Assembly: GCA_001788965.1 (NCBI GenBank)
Contig: MFXU01000004.1
Location: 1 to 47,329, forward strand
DNA length: 47,329 nucleotides
Origin: Candidatus Peribacteria bacterium RIFCSPHIGHO2_02_FULL_51_15
GTDB taxonomy: Bacteria; Patescibacteriota; Gracilibacteria; Peribacterales; Peribacteraceae
Direction: 5' to 3'
In this document: positions 42,050 through 47,329 of the stretch, in pieces
Layout: each line of letters begins with the position of its first letter
Numbering within the stretch: the first letter of the stretch is position 1
The notes under the pieces: generated by a model
What the model saw: the letters and a program-made list of their open reading frames with translations, nothing else
Told to the model about the DNA's origin: nothing
The model's database searches: none
Position numbers and translations under genes: made by a program

Positions 42050-42227
42050 ATTCGAATTTGTGAGCAAGCACGAAACCCTCGAATGAGGGTAAGTAGGGGA
42101 AAAAGCGATGTTGGGAAAGAACTACCGAAGTGGATAATTAACACTATTTTTTAGTTTGTGTCAATTTGTGTCAATTTTTCAATTTCAAATAGTCCTGAAG
42201 GAACGGAACATATAAGATTTAAACATT

Positions 42228-42312
42228 GCCGAAGTGGCGGAACTGGTAGACGCGCACGACTCAAAATCGTGTACCGCAAGGTGTGAGGGTTCGAGTCCCT
42301 CCTTCGGCACCA
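42228..42312 (+). tRNA. tRNA-Leu (anticodon CAA)
   Basis: GCCGAAGTGGCGGAACTGGTAGACGC, anticodon loop CTCAAAA, long variable arm, T-arm GAGGGTTCGAGTCCCTC, encoded CCA. Confidence 0.9.
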
Positions 42313-42317
42313 CTCTA

Positions 42318-44003
42318 ATGCAAAAATCCTGCAACCATTGCGGAGAAACTTATGACATAGCCCCCGAGGATCTGGTTTTTTATGATGCCGTTTCGCCGGT
42401 TTTCGGCGGAAAAAAATATCCGATACCGCCACCCGAACATTGCCCGGTCTGTAGGCAGCAGCGCCGGCTTGCCTTCCGGAATGAACGGAATATCTACAGT
42501 CGCAACTGTGACCTTTGCGGCAAACACATGGTCTCGGTTTACTGGCCGGGCGCAGGCGCTTTTCCGGTTTATTGCGTCAAATGCTGGTGGAGCGACAAGT
42601 GGGATGCTTCTCAATACGGAATCGGTTACGATCCCTCGAATAATTTCCTGGATCAATGGGCCGTACTTCATGAAACCGTGCCCAAGCTGGCGATGCAAAA
42701 CGACGACGGGGTCGAGAGCGAAAACAGCGAGTATTCCTACGATATTTCCCGATGCAAAAATTGTTACCGATTGATCGGCAGCTGGTATGACCACGACTGT
42801 CACTACGGGCTGAACGTTAACAACTCAAAAAACGTGGTGGACTGCAACACGGTCAGTATTCGATCGGAGCTCGTTTACGAATCTCTCGACTCGCAGCATC
42901 TCTACCACTGCGCTTACCTCCAAAACTGCGAAAATTGCCATGACTGTTTCTTCGGTTATGATCTGAAAGGCTGTAGTGACTGCTTCGGCTGTTTCGGGCT
43001 GAGGCAAAAGCGTTTCTGCATATTCAACGAACAAAAAACCGAGACGGAATACCAGGAAATGATCACCACAATCGATTTGGGTTCTTACTCCGCGATAAAC
43101 GAAGCGAGGAAGCGTTTCGACGAATGGAGCCTGAAGTTCCCCAGACTTTTTGCCAATCTCCAGAACTGCGAAGATTGCGAAGGAAATAATCTGTTCAATT
43201 GCAAAGCGGTAACCGGATACAGTGTTTTTTCCGCGGAATACGGCAAATACATCGACCGGTCGGACGGGCCGATTCATTGCTATGACATGATCAATACCGG
43301 CGGTCCGCAGTGGTGCCTGGATTGCGTGACGCCGGATGATTCGTACATGACCCTTTTCTCAATCTGGTGCTGGAAATGCAAAAACATAATCCTCTCGGAC
43401 AACTGCCACAGTAGCGAGCATCTCCTCGGTTGCATCTCCATGCACCGGAAAAAATATTGCATCTTAAATAAGCAATATTCGAAAGAAGAATATGAAAGGC
43501 TCGCCGGCCCAATACTCGAATCACTTGAACAGTACAAATCCTGGGGAAGCTTGTTTCCGATCAGACTGTCTCCGTTTGGATACAACGAAACCGGTGCCAA
43601 TGAGTATTACCCGCTTTCTAAAGAGGAGGTGCGGAAAAATAATTGGAAATGGACAGATGATCTGCCCTATACGACGGGAAAAGAAACCGTCTCAATGGAA
43701 AACCTCCCGGACTCCATAACCGGTATCCCAGACAGCCTCACCGCTGAAGTTTTGGCCTGCAGCCAATGCAACCGGAACTTCAAAATCATTCCTCAGGAAC
43801 TGACTTTTTACCGCCAGATGCCCGCTCCCCTGCCGCGTAAATGCCCCAATTGCAGGCACCTTGACCGGTTCAAAAGGAAAACCCCGACCCGGCTCTGGCC
43901 GCGCAAATGCGATAAATGCGGAAAGGATTTCAATACCGCCTACGCCCCCGGTCGCCCGGAAAAAATCTATTGCCGGGGGTGTTATATGAACGTGATTTAT
44001 TGA
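42318..44003 (+). CDS. Cys-rich multi-zinc-ribbon protein, function unknown
   Basis: 561 aa starting 6 nt after the tRNA-Leu. Terminal CxxC...CxxC ribbons at both ends and an internally duplicated Cys-rich middle (NCENCHDCFFG.., NCEDCEGNNLFNC..). The track ORF start lies inside the tRNA and was rejected. Confidence 0.6.
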   Translation: MQKSCNHCGETYDIAPEDLVFYDAVSPVFGGKKYPIPPPEHCPVCRQQRRLAFRNERNIYSRNCDLCGKHMVSVYWPGAGAFPVYCVKCWWSDKWDASQYGIGYDPSNNFLDQWAVLHETVPKLAMQNDDGVESENSEYSYDISRCKNCYRLIGSWYDHDCHYGLNVNNSKNVVDCNTVSIRSELVYESLDSQHLYHCAYLQNCENCHDCFFGYDLKGCSDCFGCFGLRQKRFCIFNEQKTETEYQEMITTIDLGSYSAINEARKRFDEWSLKFPRLFANLQNCEDCEGNNLFNCKAVTGYSVFSAEYGKYIDRSDGPIHCYDMINTGGPQWCLDCVTPDDSYMTLFSIWCWKCKNIILSDNCHSSEHLLGCISMHRKKYCILNKQYSKEEYERLAGPILESLEQYKSWGSLFPIRLSPFGYNETGANEYYPLSKEEVRKNNWKWTDDLPYTTGKETVSMENLPDSITGIPDSLTAEVLACSQCNRNFKIIPQELTFYRQMPAPLPRKCPNCRHLDRFKRKTPTRLWPRKCDKCGKDFNTAYAPGRPEKIYCRGCYMNVIY

Positions 44004-44251
44004 TCCAAACTGCGACTCGGCAGAGCGCTTTTTTTTAATTGAAAGCCCATCAAGACTAGGCTTTGGACGCCTGGTCTTGTGCCGAGCGAGAACGCTCGGC
44101 CTGTATCAAATAAATTGATTTTTTAAAAATTATTTACGTGTTCCAGGCCAGGCGTTCCCGCCTGGCATCAGGTCGGGCGTTCTCGCCCGACCTGAAAAAT
44201 CAACCAACCCGCGGCCGGGGACCCGTTCGACAAATCTCAGGGCAAGTAGTC

Positions 44252-44305
44252 GCTGCTGATTTTTCTTTTTATTTTGAATCAGCAGTACCCCTCCGTGGGC
44301 ACGGT
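44252..44305. repeat. GC-rich hairpin repeat, family B, partial copy B4
   Basis: CGCTGCTGA - AT-rich loop - TCAGCAGTACCCCTCCGTGGGCACGG. Preceded at 44047-44200 by several GC-rich palindromes (GCCGAGCG..CGCTCGGC, GGTCGGGCG..CGCCCGACC). Confidence 0.65.
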
Positions 44306-44341
44306 GTTTTAAGGTTGAATTTGAGCTACAATTCAATCTCA

Positions 44342-45706
44342 ATGAAGAGCTATAAGTCCTTTATTTTCGAAAGTATCAATTTTCGCCCTCATAGCGGAAA
44401 AATCGTGCTGCGATATTCACTGGACAAAGAATTGTCGTTCGAAGAGACGATAATGCTTCCGGACGATACCCTGGTTCCCGATATCGCAAAACGCGATGAT
44501 ATCCAAGCTGCCCTTTTCGCCCTGCATCTGATCGGCGGCATCAGCTATTACAAAACTTTTTGTCCTGGAAAAATCGAGATCAAAAACGGCGGCCTGTCCA
44601 AATCCGAAGCGCAATTTTGGAATACGGTTTACTTGAACGGCCTCGGACAATTTTTTTATGAAAACAAGCTGGATTTCAGGAACCGAATCAATTTTCCATC
44701 TTCCCCAACCCCAACCCAAACCCAAACCCCCCGCCAATCAAACCAAAAACGCATCCTGGTTCCAATCGGCGGCGGCAAAGATTCCCTGGTAACTATCGAA
44801 CTTTTGAAAAAAAGCGGCGCGGACATCACTCTGCTCCGGGTAGGCCCGCATCCTTTCATAGAACAGCTGGCCCACGATGCCGGTCTTCCCTTGCTTGAAA
44901 TCCGCCGCTCTCTGTCCCCCGCTCTTTTTAAGCTGAATGAAAAAGGCGCCCTGAACGGACACGTTCCCATCACGGCTTATATCTCGATCCTCTCGATACT
45001 GGTCGCACTGCTCTATGACTTCGATGCCGTCGTGATGAGTGACGAAGCCAGCTCGGACGAAGGCAATATAAAATTTCACGGAATGGACATAAATCACCAA
45101 TGGAGCAAGAGCCTGGAGTTCGAGAATATGTTCCGTAAATACATAAAGACAAGTATCGGGAGCAATATCGAATATTTTAGCTTGCTTAGGCCGTTTTCCG
45201 AGCTAAAGATCGCTAATTTATTTTCCGGTTTCCCGAAATATTTCGGCGAATTCACCAGCTGCAACATAAACTGGAAAATACTTGCTTCCCCTTCCCTCCC
45301 CCGGAACGGGGGAGGGGCCGGGGGAGGGGGCAACCGCTGGTGTTGCGCCTGTCCCAAATGCGCCTCTGTTTTCGCTTGTCTGGCCGCTTTTCTGCCGAGA
45401 GAAAAACTTGAAATGATCTTCGGTGCGATACCTTTTGAAAACGAAGCTCTTATGAGCCTCTACCGCGAACTTCTCGGCGTCAGCGGTCACAAGCCTTTCG
45501 AGTGCGTCGGCACCGCCGATGAAACCAAAGCCGCTTTCCTGCTCGCCATGCGCCGCGGGGACTTAAGTGGCACACCAATCATGAAAATGTTTATCGACGA
45601 AGTTTTGCCGGCCATAAAAGATCAGGAAAAATTAATTGCTGAAGTCCTGGCTATCCGGCCAGAACATTGCATTCCGGATTTATTCCAAAAGTTAATCGTT
45701 TTATGA
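44342..45706 (+). CDS. PP-loop-type ATPase-like protein, candidate MurL-like UDP-MurNAc-L-Ala-L-Glu epimerase
   Basis: 454 aa from the ATG at 44342. Contains VPIGGGKDS (PP-loop-like) and a late WCCACPKC motif. It lies immediately upstream of murD and carries two repeat-derived in-frame inserts. Confidence 0.45.
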   Translation: MKSYKSFIFESINFRPHSGKIVLRYSLDKELSFEETIMLPDDTLVPDIAKRDDIQAALFALHLIGGISYYKTFCPGKIEIKNGGLSKSEAQFWNTVYLNGLGQFFYENKLDFRNRINFPSSPTPTQTQTPRQSNQKRILVPIGGGKDSLVTIELLKKSGADITLLRVGPHPFIEQLAHDAGLPLLEIRRSLSPALFKLNEKGALNGHVPITAYISILSILVALLYDFDAVVMSDEASSDEGNIKFHGMDINHQWSKSLEFENMFRKYIKTSIGSNIEYFSLLRPFSELKIANLFSGFPKYFGEFTSCNINWKILASPSLPRNGGGAGGGGNRWCCACPKCASVFACLAAFLPREKLEMIFGAIPFENEALMSLYRELLGVSGHKPFECVGTADETKAAFLLAMRRGDLSGTPIMKMFIDEVLPAIKDQEKLIAEVLAIRPEHCIPDLFQKLIVL

Positions 45707-45734
45707 AATCTAAAAACTTCCCAAAGATTCGTAA

Positions 45735-45799
45735 CCGGGACATCGTGTCCCGGAGAAAGCAGAATAAATTTAGCATTGCACCGGGACACGATGTCCCGG
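45735..45799. repeat. paired palindromes forming a long hairpin
   Basis: CCGGGACATCGTGTCCCGG (45735-45753) and its reverse complement CCGGGACACGATGTCCCGG (45781-45799). Confidence 0.75.
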
Positions 45800-45843
45800 C
45801 TGCGGAAAATATTTATAGATTTTTATTGTGTAATTGATTATTT

Positions 45844-47193
45844 ATGCGCATCGAGGATTTATCCGCCAAATCCGTCTGCATCATCGGCTTCGGCCGCGAA
45901 GGACAAGCGATGGCGGAGGCTTTGGAAAAACATGCACCGCGATGCCGGATAACGGTTGCGGATAAGAATCAAGAACCCTTCGGCTTCTCTCAGGGCGAGT
46001 CAAGAATCAAGAATCAAGAATACGAATTTCAGCTTGGAGAGAATTATCTGGATAAACTTGAACGGTTCGATGTATTAATCAAATCCCCCGGTATCCCCCC
46101 GCACTCACAGCTCAAAGCACAAAGCACAAAGCTCACATCACCCACGCAGATTTTCTTCGACACAATAAAAGATTCCGGCGCGACCGTTATCGGAATTACC
46201 GGATCAAAAGGCAAGAGCACTACATCCTCGCTTATTCATGCAATACTGAAAAAAGCCGGAAAGGAATCCTATCTGATTGGAAACATCGGCATGCCTGCAA
46301 TTGGCTTCATTGACAAAGCAAAGCCGAACACATTTTTTGTACATGAAATGAGCAGTTATCAGCTGATGGATTTAAACTGCAGTCCGCAAATCGCCGTCAT
46401 TACTGCATTTTTCCCGGAACATCTGGACTACCATGGATCGCTTGATAATTATTTTTTGGCCAAGAAAAACATCACGTTATTTCAAAATGAAGACTGTTCC
46501 GTTTTCTTCAACACTAAATCTGAAGAATGCCAAAAAATCGCCGCACACGGGAAAGGCAAGAAAATCCCCTTCTCCGATGATGATTCCCCGGTGACGATTG
46601 AAGAAACAAAATTGCTTGGCCGGCATAATCTTTCAAACATCGCCGGAGCCTACAAGGTCGCGATGTCTATTGGAATCCCTGAAAAGACCGCGATTGAAGC
46701 CATCAGTGAGTTCGAAGGCCTTCCTCACCGCCTGCAATTCATCGGCGAAAAAGACGGCTGCGCCTGGATCGATGATTCCATCTCCACCACACCCGAATCC
46801 GCAATCGCGGCTCTGGAAGCGCTCGGTAACCGGGTCCGGATCATTATTTTAGGAGGTCAAGACCGGGGCTACGACTTCAGCCTCCTCGCCGAACGAATAT
46901 CTAAATCAAAAATCGAAACCGTGATCCTGCTCCCGGACAGTGGCCGGACGATCCGGCAATCAATCGAGAAAGCCGGGATAAAAGTGAATTGCGTTGAGGT
47001 CGAAACGATGGAAGAAGCCGTTTCGACAGCAAAAAAAATGTCTCAAAGCTCAAAGCTCATAGCTCACAGCTTTCCGATTGTTCTCCTCTCCCCCGCCTCC
47101 CCCAGCTACGGACATTTCAAAAATTTCGAAGAACGCGGGGATCAGTTCAAAAACACGGCACTATCAGTAATTACTCATGAATTGGCTGAATGA
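45844..47193 (+). CDS. murD: UDP-N-acetylmuramoylalanine--glutamate ligase (MurD or MurD2 type)
   Basis: 449 aa. GITGSKGKSTT P-loop, Mur ligase middle and C-terminal domains (WIDDSISTTPES, LLSPASPSYGHF). The last ~6 codons and the stop lie in a TIR element. Confidence 0.85.
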   Translation: MRIEDLSAKSVCIIGFGREGQAMAEALEKHAPRCRITVADKNQEPFGFSQGESRIKNQEYEFQLGENYLDKLERFDVLIKSPGIPPHSQLKAQSTKLTSPTQIFFDTIKDSGATVIGITGSKGKSTTSSLIHAILKKAGKESYLIGNIGMPAIGFIDKAKPNTFFVHEMSSYQLMDLNCSPQIAVITAFFPEHLDYHGSLDNYFLAKKNITLFQNEDCSVFFNTKSEECQKIAAHGKGKKIPFSDDDSPVTIEETKLLGRHNLSNIAGAYKVAMSIGIPEKTAIEAISEFEGLPHRLQFIGEKDGCAWIDDSISTTPESAIAALEALGNRVRIIILGGQDRGYDFSLLAERISKSKIETVILLPDSGRTIRQSIEKAGIKVNCVEVETMEEAVSTAKKMSQSSKLIAHSFPIVLLSPASPSYGHFKNFEERGDQFKNTALSVITHELAE

Positions 47194-47329
47194 CTACTCG
47201 AAGGCAACGAGCAGTTGCCGCGCCCGCGGAGGGGCGCTGCTGAGTGGAAAAAGATTTTTTTTAAAACAGCAGCAGACCTCCGTGGCTGCGGAGTCGAAGG
47301 TGAAGCGATTTTTGTTTGCAGTTATATGT
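47174..47329 (+). mobile_element. TIR element with B-family hairpin B3, truncated by the window edge; uninterrupted homolog of 30462-30787
   Basis: Starts with CTCATGAATTGGCTGA. About 98% identical to the reverse complement of 30493-30631 plus 30771-30787. Lacks the MITE. Confidence 0.7.

Overview
The window reads as a streamlined bacterial chromosome segment around dnaA. The taxonomic guess, Patescibacteria/CPR-like, is inference from gene content: a stand-alone 5'-3' exonuclease, a ThrS without a TGS domain, a TrbC/VirB2-like pilin, a C39-like peptidase and an unlinked tRNA-Ile. Housekeeping genes I recognise are lgt, thrS, dnaA, rseP, comF, dut, ftsZ, ftsA, truB, prs, ruvC, recF, rpmG (missing from the ORF track), trxB and murD. 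There are five tRNAs (Pro-GGG, Val-GAC, Lys-CTT, Ile-GAT, Leu-CAA) and one GC-rich IS at the left edge. I found no CRISPR array, rRNA, reverse transcriptase or recognisable defence operon. The unusual content is in the non-coding and accessory DNA. (1) Almost every intergenic spacer holds a palindromic element whose arms are short tandem arrays of 8-9 nt units. At least four sequence families share this architecture, and one member carries an Avd/23S-IVS-type four-helix-bundle gene in its loop. (2) A 135-bp MITE is present in six near-identical copies with 3-bp target duplications, and a filled/empty site pair lies inside this window. (3) Repeat modules are inserted in frame into comF, a MurL-like gene and murD. 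(4) Diverged duplicate 3' ends of dut and comF flank small insertions, which resembles the footprint of integration into gene 3' ends. Other items worth follow-up are a MurL-like/MurD pair, an orphan 1188-aa protein with an HExxH motif, Cys-rich paralogs next to tRNAs, a GC-rich basic-tailed ORF cassette next to tRNA-Leu, and a GC-rich structured segment next to tRNA-Val. All homology calls come from motif recognition by eye. No searches were run.
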